Positions 55,185-64,000 of a stretch of 64,000 nt of DNA are shown one piece after another; positions within the stretch are counted from its first letter, which is position 1, and every line of letters starts with the position of its first letter. Position numbers and translations under genes: made by a program. Under the pieces are notes generated by a model that searched no databases, had not been told where the DNA came from, and saw only the letters and a program-made list of their open reading frames with translations. The DNA comes from SAR202 cluster bacterium. GTDB taxonomy: Bacteria > Chloroflexota > Dehalococcoidia > Lucifugimonadales > UBA826. The stretch lies in NCBI GenBank assembly GCA_008373095.1, contig RQOP01000051.1, positions 18,047-82,046 of the forward strand, read 5' to 3'.

Positions 55185-56921
55185 ATGGTTACTGACGAGC
55201 TAAAAGATTTGAGAGAAAGGATTCGGCATTCAACTGCACATGTGATGGCTGATGTGGTCAAGCAATTGTATCCAGATGTAAAACTTGCTATTGGTCCCCC
55301 TACCGAAGACGGGTTTTACTATGACTTTATGACTGATACACCTTTTTCTGAAGAAGATCTTGAAAAGATAGAAAAAGCAATGCGAAAAGTTATATCCAAT
55401 GATCTGCCTTTTATATATTCCGAATATAGCAGAGGCGAGATAGTGGATATGAATCAATCGGAGCCTCTGAAATTGGAGGTTATCTCAGATATTCCGGACG
55501 GTGAGGTGATTAGTACTTACAGTCATGGGGAATTTGAAGACTTATGTGCGGGACCTCATGTTGGATCTACAGGGGATATTCTAGCCTTTAAGCTTTTGAA
55601 TGTAGCTGGGGCCTACTGGAGAGGTGACGAGAACAGGCAGATGCTGCAAAGGATCTATGGCACAGCATTTGAGAGTAAAGATGCCTTGGATGAGCATCTT
55701 ACAAGACTTGAAGAGGCCCAGCGTCGCGATCACCGGGTATTGGGAAGAGAATTAGATTTGTTCTCAATCCACGAAGAAACAGGTCCGGGCTTGATAATTT
55801 GGCACCCAAAAGGAGCGCGGGTCCGAAGTATTTTTGAAGATTTCTGGCGCGACGAGCACTATAAACGAGGATATGATCTTATCTATACTCCCAACATTGG
55901 GAGGGAAAATTTATGGCGGACCAGTGGGCACTTAGATTTCTTCCAGGAGAATATGTTTTCACCCTCGGAAACAGACGGACAAAATTACTATTTGAAGCCT
56001 ATGAATTGTCCTTTCCACATTATGTATTACAAATCTTCTTTACGTAGTTACCGAGAACTCCCAATGAAAATAGGAGAACTGGGGACGGTTTATCGATATG
56101 AGAGGGGAGGAACTCTTCATGGGATGTTGAGGGTTAGAGGATTTACGCAAGACGACGCTCATATATTTTGCATGCCTGATCAGATTGAAGCCGAGATAGA
56201 CAGTGTGTTAGACCTTACCTTCTACTTGTTGGAGGCATTTGGGTTCGACGATTTTACGATGAATTTATCAACTAAACCAGGTAAAGCCGTTGGTTCGGAC
56301 GAGCAATGGGAATTGGCTCAAAATTCGCTGAAGAAAACCTTAGATGCTAGAGGGTTGGAATATGAAGTGGAAGAAGGAGGCGGAGCCTTCTATGGGCCCA
56401 AGATTGACGTCAATATTAGAGATGCAATTGGTAGATCTTGGCAATGTACGACTGTGCAATTTGACTTTAATTTGCCACAGAGATTTGGTTTAAGTTATAT
56501 AGGTGAAGATGGAAATTCGCATCAACCATACATGGTTCATAGGGCAATATTTGGTTCCTTAGAAAGATTCATGGGCATCTTGATTGAACATTACGGAGGT
56601 TCTTTCCCAACTTGGTTGGCACCAACCCAAGTTCAAATCATTCCGATAGCTGATAGGCACATAGAATATGGATTGGATCTGCAAAATAAGATGCAGGATA
56701 GAAAAATAAGGTCAGAAATAGATACAAGAAGTGAAAGGATGAATGCTAAGGTTCGTGATGCTCAATTGGCCAAGATTCCATATATGTTCATAGTCGGAGA
56801 CAGAGAATTGGAATCAGAAACCGTTGGTGTGAGGTTGCGATCTGGTGAGGATTTGGGAGCAATCGCAGTAGGTGATGTTTTGGATAGAATAACTACTGAG
56901 GTCGAGACTAAGCTAACTTAG
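55185..56921 (+). CDS. thrS: threonine--tRNA ligase lacking the N-terminal TGS domain
   Basis: Begins in the editing domain (HSTAHVMA). Class II motifs FRDEHY-like, YRYERGG and GGGAFYGPKID are present. A stop codon lies immediately upstream of the ATG. Confidence 0.9.
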   Translation: MVTDELKDLRERIRHSTAHVMADVVKQLYPDVKLAIGPPTEDGFYYDFMTDTPFSEEDLEKIEKAMRKVISNDLPFIYSEYSRGEIVDMNQSEPLKLEVISDIPDGEVISTYSHGEFEDLCAGPHVGSTGDILAFKLLNVAGAYWRGDENRQMLQRIYGTAFESKDALDEHLTRLEEAQRRDHRVLGRELDLFSIHEETGPGLIIWHPKGARVRSIFEDFWRDEHYKRGYDLIYTPNIGRENLWRTSGHLDFFQENMFSPSETDGQNYYLKPMNCPFHIMYYKSSLRSYRELPMKIGELGTVYRYERGGTLHGMLRVRGFTQDDAHIFCMPDQIEAEIDSVLDLTFYLLEAFGFDDFTMNLSTKPGKAVGSDEQWELAQNSLKKTLDARGLEYEVEEGGGAFYGPKIDVNIRDAIGRSWQCTTVQFDFNLPQRFGLSYIGEDGNSHQPYMVHRAIFGSLERFMGILIEHYGGSFPTWLAPTQVQIIPIADRHIEYGLDLQNKMQDRKIRSEIDTRSERMNAKVRDAQLAKIPYMFIVGDRELESETVGVRLRSGEDLGAIAVGDVLDRITTEVETKLT

Positions 56922-56975
56922 CTATTCAAAGGATTATTTTGTTGATCACCTAGTCACGGTGTGCTATATTCATAG

Positions 56976-56999
56976 TGGTCCAGTGTTTTCGCTGGACTA
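56976..56999 (+). terminator. hairpin between thrS and infC (weak terminator or operator)
   Basis: GTCCAG (56978-56983) / CTGGAC (56992-56997) with an 8-nt loop, followed by TATTTGCTTT. Confidence 0.35.
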
Positions 57000-57005
57000 T
57001 TTGCT

Positions 57006-57602
57006 TTGGATTATATTGTAAGAGGGAGAGATAACATACCTAAAAGCTATAGAGTAAATGACCAGATAACGGCGCAGTCGGTATTACTCGTTGATGACGA
57101 AGGGAATCAATTAGGTGAATTGACTACTGAAAAGGCGTTGGAGATGGCTGTCGAGAAAGGGTTAGACCTTGTTGAAGTGGCGCCTGCTGCAAAACCTCCT
57201 GTGTGTAGATTACTGAACTATGGAAAATTCAGGTATGAGGCTACCCGAAAAGAACGTGAAGCCAGAAAGGCATCTAAGTCTAAATCCAACAATGCTGTCA
57301 GGGAAGTTAGGATGAAGACACGGATTGGGGATCATGACAGAGAAGCTAAAACCAGGTTAGTAAAAAGATTGTTGGGAGAAGGTTCAAAAGTTCGAGTGTC
57401 AGTTATGTTTAGAGGCCGCGAAGTTCAACACCCGCAAATTGGGATGGCCCTTTTGAAAAATGTAGCAGAGGACCTTCAGGAGGATGCATTGCTTGAAAAG
57501 GCTCCGTCCTTTGAAGGCAGATTTCTGGCGATGATCTTGGCTCCTAGTCCATCACTAAAAAACAACAAAAATAGTAGGGAAACAGAAAGTGCCAAAACTT
57601 AA
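57006..57602 (+). CDS. infC: translation initiation factor IF-3
   Basis: RVNDQITAQSVLLVDDEGNQLG and PPVCRLLNYGKFRYE motifs. The maximal ORF is given here. The likely start is the non-canonical ATA at 57036, 7 nt after GGGAG. Confidence 0.88.
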   Translation: MDYIVRGRDNIPKSYRVNDQITAQSVLLVDDEGNQLGELTTEKALEMAVEKGLDLVEVAPAAKPPVCRLLNYGKFRYEATRKEREARKASKSKSNNAVREVRMKTRIGDHDREAKTRLVKRLLGEGSKVRVSVMFRGREVQHPQIGMALLKNVAEDLQEDALLEKAPSFEGRFLAMILAPSPSLKNNKNSRETESAKT

Positions 57603-57780
57603 GACTCACAAAGGCGCAAAAAAACGTTTCAAAGTAACAGGTTCTGGGAAGTTGATGAGGATGAAAGGAATGAGAAGTCACTTGCGCAGGAAAAAACCCA
57701 AAAAAGTAAAAAGACTATACACGGGTAGACTTCTTGTTAGCGAGGCAGATGTACCTCGGATTAAGAAATTACTTCCATAA
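57589..57780 (+). CDS. rpmI: 50S ribosomal protein L35
   Basis: MPKLKTHKGAKKRFKVTGSGK. GTG start overlapping the infC end. Confidence 0.95.
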   Translation: MPKLKTHKGAKKRFKVTGSGKLMRMKGMRSHLRRKKPKKVKRLYTGRLLVSEADVPRIKKLLP

Positions 57781-57812
57781 AGTAATTATAGATAAAGACA
57801 GGAGATACTTAG

Positions 57813-58175
57813 GTGACTAGAGTTAGAAGCGGTGTCACGAGACGCCGGAGACATAAGAAAATATTAAATATGACCAAAGGCCATCAAGGTGTACGTCATA
57901 CTCTTTACAGGCGCGCTCATGAATCGATGATACATGCTTTGCAATACTCATACGATCATAGGAAGCAGAAAAAGAGTGATATGAGACGGCTGTGGAATAT
58001 TAGAATAAATGCAGCTGCCCGATCCAACGAAATCACTTACAGTAAACTCATATACGGCCTCAAGTTGGCTGGTGTGGATATAAACAGAAAGATGCTCTCA
58101 GAGATGGCAGTTAGTAATCCTGAAGCCTTCACTGAAGTAGTGGAAAGTGCTAAAACTGCTCTCAAGGCCGCCTAG
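57813..58175 (+). CDS. rplT: 50S ribosomal protein L20
   Basis: TRVRSGVTRRRRHKKIL. GTG start after AGGAGA. Confidence 0.95.
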   Translation: MTRVRSGVTRRRRHKKILNMTKGHQGVRHTLYRRAHESMIHALQYSYDHRKQKKSDMRRLWNIRINAAARSNEITYSKLIYGLKLAGVDINRKMLSEMAVSNPEAFTEVVESAKTALKAA

Positions 58176-58195
58176 AGCCACAAAGAAACAGCTGA

Positions 58196-58777
58196 CTATC
58201 GGGCCGATATTGTAAGAATGTCCTTATAAAGATGAGTAGGCTGAATTGGATTGGTGTGCACGGCAGCTGGTCTCCCGTCTTTAGCCACCACGAACACTGG
58301 AGAAGTGTGGATCACGTCATACTTTCTATTACTCTCCCCGGCGAGTGTCTCTAATGCAGATTGATGCGGATTTACGTAAAAGTCTGACCATATGGATTGA
58401 AGTGCTTTTTCGGAACCGTTGAGATAGCTCCAATTTGGATTCAGTTCCCATCGGTCTTTAAATGCCAATCTAGATTCCATGCTATCTCCCTCTGGATCAA
58501 CTGAGATAATCAGAATGGGAATGTTTTTTGTAGATTCCGATTTCTCAATGGCCTGTTTGATGTTAGAAGTAACTATTGGACACAGACTAGTGCAATTGGT
58601 GAACAGAAAAGTAATTAAATGAACCTTACCCATGTGGGTTTGATTGGTGACTTCTAGTTTATTTTCGTCTTGGAGGCTGAAAATTGAACCATTATGGTTT
58701 TGCAGAATTGTACCGTATAGATCTGAATTACTTGTGGGCATGCAAGATGCTAGGAGTAAAATCACACAGATGAACAC
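58196..58777 (-). CDS. SCO1/SenC-family copper chaperone (lipoprotein)
   Basis: HLITFLFTNCTSLCP (CxxxC) and the lipobox LLLASC. I chose the GTG at 58777. The track ORF extends to 59125 but overlaps two better-supported genes. Confidence 0.65.
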   Translation of the reverse strand: MFICVILLLASCMPTSNSDLYGTILQNHNGSIFSLQDENKLEVTNQTHMGKVHLITFLFTNCTSLCPIVTSNIKQAIEKSESTKNIPILIISVDPEGDSMESRLAFKDRWELNPNWSYLNGSEKALQSIWSDFYVNPHQSALETLAGESNRKYDVIHTSPVFVVAKDGRPAAVHTNPIQPTHLYKDILTISAR

Positions 58778-58854
58778 CGGAACGAAGTACAGACATGCTC
58801 TGCTAACCGGGGTGGGTTTGGTGGTAAGGTTATTTTTAGGTACGGCCGGCGTCC

Positions 58855-59058
58855 CTATGGAGAGGTCTTTTTTTCCAGAAGGAACGCTATTAGAGGAGTC
58901 AAGATCAATAGCGCCATTCCGATAATAATTACTCCGATGGTACCTAAACTGGTATTGTGATGTATTTGATAAAAGGTGTACCCCAGCGCAATAGCGAATG
59001 CAGCAATCATGGCAAATGAAGCCAATGGTACGACTAGGGATAATATTACTTTGTTCAC
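58855..59058 (-). CDS. small two-TM membrane protein in the oxidase cluster
   Basis: 67 aa with two clear hydrophobic helices. The GTG start lies 5 nt after GGGAG. I recognise no family. Confidence 0.5.
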   Translation of the reverse strand: MNKVILSLVVPLASFAMIAAFAIALGYTFYQIHHNTSLGTIGVIIIGMALLILTPLIAFLLEKKTSP

Positions 59059-59069
59059 GACAACTCCCG

Positions 59070-59903
59070 TTATGTAGAATCTTTCCTATTATACCTTGTT
59101 TCTGTTGAATTAGAATCTTCTTCAAACCATTTAAAGAAAACGATAATTATCAAGAACAAGAAAAGAAACCCACTGCCTACTTTCATTATAATTCCACCAA
59201 GTTGCTGGTCAACCAAAGGGGTGATATTCCAAATTCTTGGCGCATCAATGTAATGTTGGTATATCGGTTCCCTTGCGAATGTGACTATCCCAAATACGAT
59301 TATTTGGGCTAAGGACATTACAAATAAGTACAACATTTGTATCGGATATATTAATTTCGGAATCGATTGCACTTGACTACATATAGGCCACCACATAATG
59401 AGGGACGCTAGGATGAAAAGAGAATGTTCCAGTATGTGGACCCAGTGATATGCGACGGAAAGGCCATATAGTACTGGCAAATGCCATATGGAAAATATTA
59501 TGTTGAATATTACCACCGCCCCAATTGGGTGGAAGATTCTTTTGAAAATCGCAAGAGACCATTTTTTTTGGAAAAGCTTGGAAGCTAGCCAGCCTGGGGT
59601 TCCGAGTATTAGAAGAGGAGGTGATATAAGGGTTATCAGAACGTGTTGGATCATGTGCGCACTGAACAGATAATGATCACTCAGTATGTGAAGCGGAGAG
59701 GTAAGTGACAGGAAGATAATTAAAGTTCCCATCGTAAACATGATTGTTTGACGATGGTTAACCGTCGCAAGCGTCGCTTGCTTTTTTCTGTAGGATCCTA
59801 TTCCGTACATATAGGCGCTCTGTACTAGAATCAAGCCGGCCACCACTTCTAAGTGAGGGTGCCAGTGTAGCCAGATAGAGTCAGAAAACCCGAAAAACGA
59901 CAT
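59070..59903 (-). CDS. ctaG: cytochrome c oxidase assembly factor CtaG (caa3 type)
   Basis: Polytopic, with HMIQHVLITLISPPLLILGTP and WHLP motifs. Confidence 0.75.
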   Translation of the reverse strand: MSFFGFSDSIWLHWHPHLEVVAGLILVQSAYMYGIGSYRKKQATLATVNHRQTIMFTMGTLIIFLSLTSPLHILSDHYLFSAHMIQHVLITLISPPLLILGTPGWLASKLFQKKWSLAIFKRIFHPIGAVVIFNIIFSIWHLPVLYGLSVAYHWVHILEHSLFILASLIMWWPICSQVQSIPKLIYPIQMLYLFVMSLAQIIVFGIVTFAREPIYQHYIDAPRIWNITPLVDQQLGGIIMKVGSGFLFLFLIIIVFFKWFEEDSNSTETRYNRKDST

Positions 59904-59945
59904 ATGTAGTTTCTGCTGATTGACTTAGATTTAGGTTATGTGCCC

Positions 59946-60251
59946 TTATGTGTACACCCCGAAGAGGATTAGGAGAAACCCTATAACAAAGGCGGCTAAG
60001 ACAAAGCCGGCTACAAACATATATGTGAAAAGTTTGTGATCAAATTTCAAATGCATGTAGTACATTGCAACTAGTGCGAATTTTCCAGTGGACAATACGA
60101 ACAAGATTGGAATCATCCAATGCCCAAGGAACTCAAGATAAAATATTCCGACTTCTACCGCTGTAATGACACACAATATCACGGCTATGCGGAAATACTG
60201 TCCCGCCGTTGGGTGTCCTGTGTGCGCGTCTCCTGAAAGGTCCTGGCTCAT
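59946..60251 (-). CDS. ctaF: cytochrome c oxidase subunit IV (prokaryotic COX4 family)
   Basis: Three TM segments and the ALVAMYYMHLKFD motif. I prefer the ATG at 60251 after GGGAGA over the track start at 60305. Confidence 0.75.
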   Translation of the reverse strand: MSQDLSGDAHTGHPTAGQYFRIAVILCVITAVEVGIFYLEFLGHWMIPILFVLSTGKFALVAMYYMHLKFDHKLFTYMFVAGFVLAAFVIGFLLILFGVYT

Positions 60252-60270
60252 GTTATCTCCCAATACGTAG

Positions 60271-61038
60271 TTAGAATCCCGGGAATACTCCGAATAGGTA
60301 TACAACTGTGAATATGACTATCCAAACGACGTCGACAAAATGCCAGTACAATGCGGCTAAATCCACGTCCAAGTTCTTTTCAGGAGTTATCATACCCTTC
60401 TTGAATGACAATAATAGTAATGAAAGAAGCCACACTATTCCTAAGGTAACATGGGCACCATGAAAACCTGTAAGGGTGTAGAAAGTGGTCCCAAACAAAT
60501 TTGTTTGGGGTTTCAGCCCTTCATGACTCTCTGCGTGTGCCTCTCCATTCGAACATCCTTCATCGAAAATATGTTGTTCATAATCGGTTAGTTCCCCAGG
60601 GCTTGAGCAATTAATGTCTACATGATGATGCGCAAAACTGCTAAATTCGTAGACTTGAAAGCCTATAAATGTAGCTCCCATTATTGCTGTGGAAATCATC
60701 CAAATCCTGAAGCCTTTGAGGTTGTTTTTGGTAAGAGCAGCGTATGCCAAAACCATACTCATACTACTCATTAATAATACAAAAGTGCTTACTGAGGTTA
60801 CTGGTATGTCAAATACATCCACTGGCATAGGGCCAGCCAGGCTTTTTCCTTGGTAAACTAGATAGGTAGCAATTAGCGCACCAAAGAACATACAGTCTGA
60901 ACCAAGGAATGCCCACATGAGCATTTTCCTATGGTTAAGGCCTGTTGTTGTATCTTCATGCTCGCCGTGTATTTGAGCTGCGTGTTCCTGTGCCAATTGA
61001 CAACCTTCCTTAATGAGTAGAGTCTTCTTCTGGATCAT
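60271..61038 (-). CDS. ctaE: cytochrome c oxidase subunit III
   Basis: MWAFLGSDCMFFG, FYTLTGFHGAHV and YWHFVDVVW motifs. An alternative TTG start lies at 60996, downstream of the ctaD stop. Confidence 0.88.
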   Translation of the reverse strand: MIQKKTLLIKEGCQLAQEHAAQIHGEHEDTTTGLNHRKMLMWAFLGSDCMFFGALIATYLVYQGKSLAGPMPVDVFDIPVTSVSTFVLLMSSMSMVLAYAALTKNNLKGFRIWMISTAIMGATFIGFQVYEFSSFAHHHVDINCSSPGELTDYEQHIFDEGCSNGEAHAESHEGLKPQTNLFGTTFYTLTGFHGAHVTLGIVWLLSLLLLSFKKGMITPEKNLDVDLAALYWHFVDVVWIVIFTVVYLFGVFPGF

Positions 61039-62866
61039 TCACAGGTTCGAAGGACCATGCGTATACCCCAACGAATCCTATTACCAATCCAATTGCGGCT
61101 ATTCCCCACGGTACTATGAGGTCGTTGAAAACCACGCCGTAGGCTGCTATAAACAAGCCAATTGCCGTAACCATTGGCCAATATGAAGGTTGTGGTAGAT
61201 GAATGCCATGACCTTCATCGCCTGAGCCTCCGCTAGCAGGAATCTCCTTGTGGGCTCCACCTTGTTTAGTAGCCCACCAATCATCGAGTGATCTAACAAC
61301 AGGTATTTCTTCGAAATTATATTCCGGTGGTGGTGAGGCTATTGACCATTCCAGGGTTCGTGCGTCCCATGGATCTGCAGGGGCAGGTTTACCGTTTCGC
61401 CAATTCCTGCCTATGTTATCAATAACAAGTAAAAATCCTATTATTAGGATGAATACCCCACCCGTAGCTACTCCATTCCAAAATTCCCAGCCCATACCTT
61501 CTACGTATGTATAAATTCTTCGTGGCATTCCGTCTAGGCCAACAAAATGCATAGGGAAAAATGTAACGTTCTGTCCCAGCATGATCAGCCAGAAAGAAAT
61601 CTTACCCTGCTTTTCGCTATACATTTTTCCTGAATACTTAGGAAACCAATAAAATATACCTGATAATATTGCCATTATCGCACCACCAAACAGCACATAA
61701 TGAATGTGAGCTGGCACAAAGTAAGTGTCTTGTTGCTGAGCATCATGAGCTGACACTGCGTGCATCACCCCGCTAATTCCACCAAGCAAAAACATTGCGA
61801 TAAACCCTAAGGAATATAGCATCGGGGTAGTGAATCTAATTGATCCACCCCATATGGTACCTATCCAGTTAAAAACTTTAATCCCTGTGGGTACTGCAAT
61901 CAGCATTGTGGTGACTGTGAAAACAGCGTTGGCTACAGCCCCAAGTCCAACGGTGAACATATGGTGGCTCCAAACCATCCATCCCATAAAGGCGATGATA
62001 GCTCCGGCCAAGACAACCGTCTTGTAACCAAACAGTGGTTTTTTGGCGAACACGGGTAGAACTTCAGAAACAATGCCCATAGCAGGGAGTATTAGGATGT
62101 AGACCTCGGGATGACCGAATACCCAGAACAAATGCTGCCACAATACAACGCTTCCTCCATTGGCAACGTTGAAGAAGTTGAACATAAAATACCTGTCAAA
62201 GGTAAGTTCAATTAGTGCGACAGTTATGACAGGGAACGCTAATACCAATAATATGGCGGTTATAAAGCTCATCCAGGTAAATAATGGGAGCCGCATCATT
62301 GTCATTCCTGGAGCTCTCATATTAATGATTGTCACAATGAAATTAAATGAGGCTGCTAGGGAAGCTACACCCAGAACCTGTAAGCTTATAATCCAAAAGT
62401 CTATTCCTGTACCTGGGTTTTGGGCTACAGAAGTAAGCGGTGCATATCCGAACCATCCTGCATCTGTTGCGCCGCCTATCCAACTCAGTTTCAGCATCAA
62501 CGCTCCGCCGAGGAAAGTCCAATAGCTGAAGGCGTTAAGTCTAGGGAAAGCTACATCACGGGCACCTATCTGCAGTGGTATAACAAAATTAAAGAACGCT
62601 GCCGATAATGGCATGATGGCCAAAAATATCATTGTGGTGCCATGCATAGTAAATAGCTGGTTGTAAACTGCCGCGCTCACTATGTCTAGTTCCGGGCCCG
62701 CTAGTTGAATTCTCATTAGGGTCGCTTCAATACCACCCGATATGAACATTATGAATGCGGTTATTCCATAAAGAATACCAATGCGTTTGTGATCGATGGT
62801 TGTGATCCAACCCCATACCCCTGTTGGGTGGACTGGTCTTGGTATCGATATTGGAAATGTACTCAC
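61010..62866 (-). CDS. ctaD: cytochrome c oxidase subunit I
   Basis: WFFGHPEVYILILP-like (VFGHPEVYILILP), the HHMF motif, and 12 or more TM segments. Confidence 0.95.
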   Translation of the reverse strand: MSTFPISIPRPVHPTGVWGWITTIDHKRIGILYGITAFIMFISGGIEATLMRIQLAGPELDIVSAAVYNQLFTMHGTTMIFLAIMPLSAAFFNFVIPLQIGARDVAFPRLNAFSYWTFLGGALMLKLSWIGGATDAGWFGYAPLTSVAQNPGTGIDFWIISLQVLGVASLAASFNFIVTIINMRAPGMTMMRLPLFTWMSFITAILLVLAFPVITVALIELTFDRYFMFNFFNVANGGSVVLWQHLFWVFGHPEVYILILPAMGIVSEVLPVFAKKPLFGYKTVVLAGAIIAFMGWMVWSHHMFTVGLGAVANAVFTVTTMLIAVPTGIKVFNWIGTIWGGSIRFTTPMLYSLGFIAMFLLGGISGVMHAVSAHDAQQQDTYFVPAHIHYVLFGGAIMAILSGIFYWFPKYSGKMYSEKQGKISFWLIMLGQNVTFFPMHFVGLDGMPRRIYTYVEGMGWEFWNGVATGGVFILIIGFLLVIDNIGRNWRNGKPAPADPWDARTLEWSIASPPPEYNFEEIPVVRSLDDWWATKQGGAHKEIPASGGSGDEGHGIHLPQPSYWPMVTAIGLFIAAYGVVFNDLIVPWGIAAIGLVIGFVGVYAWSFEPVNDPEEDSTH

Positions 62867-62913
62867 TTAGTGTCCTCCGACTGGATTCAACATAATAGTA
62901 TTTTAGCCACCCG

Positions 62914-64000
62914 CTACTTCAGTGATGACAGATAATGCACTAGTTGCGATATCTGCTCTTCTGTTAGCTTCTTATCTGGATCAGTATAAACTTGGGCACC
63001 TTTTGACATAAGGTTACCTGGTTTGACTTGTTCTGGGTCTTCTATCCATATGCGCAAATTCTCTTGCAATAATGCGTCATTGAGAGAACCATTTTCATTG
63101 GCATTTCTCATCATACCAGCGGCAAGGTCTCTACGTGAGGCTACATGAGCTAGGTTTGGACCAACTCTACCTTTTGAGCCTTTGTTTACGATGGTTTTGG
63201 TAGCATGACATCCTGTACATCCTGCGCTTTTGAACACTCCAGCCCCTTCTTTCACTAATGGATCGGAGGATTCCATCGCTGGATTTGATTGCGCCAATAA
63301 CCATGCATTGAATTCATTTTCAGGAACCGCAACTACTTTAAATTTCATATTTGCATGAGATGTCCCGCAATACTCTGCGCATTGGCCGTAGTATTCGCCG
63401 GGTTCATCGGCCTCAAACCACATGAAATTTCCTTCTGATGGAACCATATCTGTTTTACCAGCCAATTTGGGCACCCAAAAACTATGGATAACGTCCACAG
63501 ATTCCAAGTTAATAGCTACCGGGTATCCCACCGGTATATAGACTTCATTGGCGGTTACTATTTCTTTCTCTGGATTGGAAGGATCTGGGTATCTGAATTC
63601 AAACCACCATTGATGTCCAATCGCTTCCAAAGTATGTTCCGGTTTAGTTGTCTTTGGGGCCTCATACATATAAAAGAGTGTCTGAATCGTGGGCACCATG
63701 AGAATTATCAAAAGTACAGCAGGTATTGCTGTCCAAATTATTTCCAGTGTGTGATTACCATGAGTTTGAACTGGGATATCTGATTCATTTTTAACTCTAA
63801 ATTTAAAAATGGCATATATGAGAGCTGCCTCTACCAGTACAAAAACTATAAATCCACCGATTAGAATCCACCAGAAAACTTCTAGCTGCTCAGCGGCTAC
63901 AGGTCCTCTTGGGTCAAACGTTGATTGGTTATGGTCGGGGTAGCATCCCGTTATCAGAAGAGCAAACAGCGCTATCGATAGTAGGAAAACAGTCTTGGGG
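62914..64000 (-). CDS. ctaC: cytochrome c oxidase subunit II with fused cytochrome c domain (5' end outside window)
   Basis: The frame stays open upstream of the track start (63711) to the window edge. That upstream part encodes the lipobox LLITGC and two TM helices. The CuA motif CAEYCGTSHANM and the haem c motif CTGCH are both present. Confidence 0.9.
   Translation of the reverse strand, partial: PKTVFLLSIALFALLITGCYPDHNQSTFDPRGPVAAEQLEVFWWILIGGFIVFVLVEAALIYAIFKFRVKNESDIPVQTHGNHTLEIIWTAIPAVLLIILMVPTIQTLFYMYEAPKTTKPEHTLEAIGHQWWFEFRYPDPSNPEKEIVTANEVYIPVGYPVAINLESVDVIHSFWVPKLAGKTDMVPSEGNFMWFEADEPGEYYGQCAEYCGTSHANMKFKVVAVPENEFNAWLLAQSNPAMESSDPLVKEGAGVFKSAGCTGCHATKTIVNKGSKGRVGPNLAHVASRRDLAAGMMRNANENGSLNDALLQENLRIWIEDPEQVKPGNLMSKGAQVYTDPDKKLTEEQISQLVHYLSSLK

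Noticed and set aside
58778-59125. 116-residue N-terminal extension of the SCO1 ORF given in the track (309 aa).
   Set aside because: It overlaps the ctaG 3' end and the whole 67-aa two-TM ORF in other frames. Its composition is low-complexity and non-SCO1-like, and a lipoprotein signal begins only at ~58777.
1-64000. CRISPR arrays, tandem or interspersed repeats, IS elements, prophage genes, toxin-antitoxin pairs or known defence systems.
   Set aside because: I recognised none while reading both strands. Intergenic regions are short, 334 nt at most. I cannot exclude short dispersed repeats without a computational self-comparison.

Overview
This is a gene-dense chromosomal segment of about 80 genes, AT-rich by eye, that reads as core genome of an aerobic free-living bacterium. 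It carries many crotonase, thiolase-fold, family III CoA-transferase and enolase-superfamily paralogues, a caa3-type oxidase with Bacillus-type CtaG, a short IF2 and a short YidC. From this I guess a marine Chloroflexota (SAR202-like) lineage, by inference only. Gene order: trpE(partial)-G-D-C-F; small housekeeping genes (VOC, RidA, HIT, HD, phosphoesterase); a NYN/OST-HTH-coaX-coaBC operon; a ThiF/MoeB-type E1 behind a promoter + 18-codon sORF + terminator leader; a PduO-type adenosyltransferase coupled to hisH-hisA-(methyltransferase)-hisF-hisIE; nusA-infB-rbfA-truB and rplU-rpmA-rpmE-DUF1385; modABC; amidohydrolase, Nudix and HpcH aldolase; rpmH-rnpA-yidD-(PQQ-repeat lipoprotein)-yidC-jag; an AI-2E permease; two crotonases; tRNA-Gln; MoxR-DUF58-DUF4129; crcB, trxB, thrC, an Nfu-like protein and a thiolase; selB; a catabolic block (enolase-superfamily dehydratase, Cys-less thiolase-fold protein + DUF35, DUF971, a reductive-dehalogenase/QueG-like Fe-S protein, a tandem-fused CoA-transferase); a GT-C glycosyltransferase with PA14 modules; TauE; thrS-infC-rpmI-rplT; and ctaC(partial)-ctaD-ctaE-ctaF-ctaG-small TM ORF-sco1. 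I saw no CRISPR array, transposase, integrase, phage gene or recognisable defence gene. The strongest finding is an unannotated SelW/Rdx-like selenoprotein gene (in-frame UGA giving CxxU, 48909-49184). It sits next to the RdhA/QueG-like enzyme and about 5 kb from selB. I did not find a convincing, wholly novel multi-gene system, so the candidates below carry explicit caveats. All family calls come from motif recognition by eye, not from database searches.
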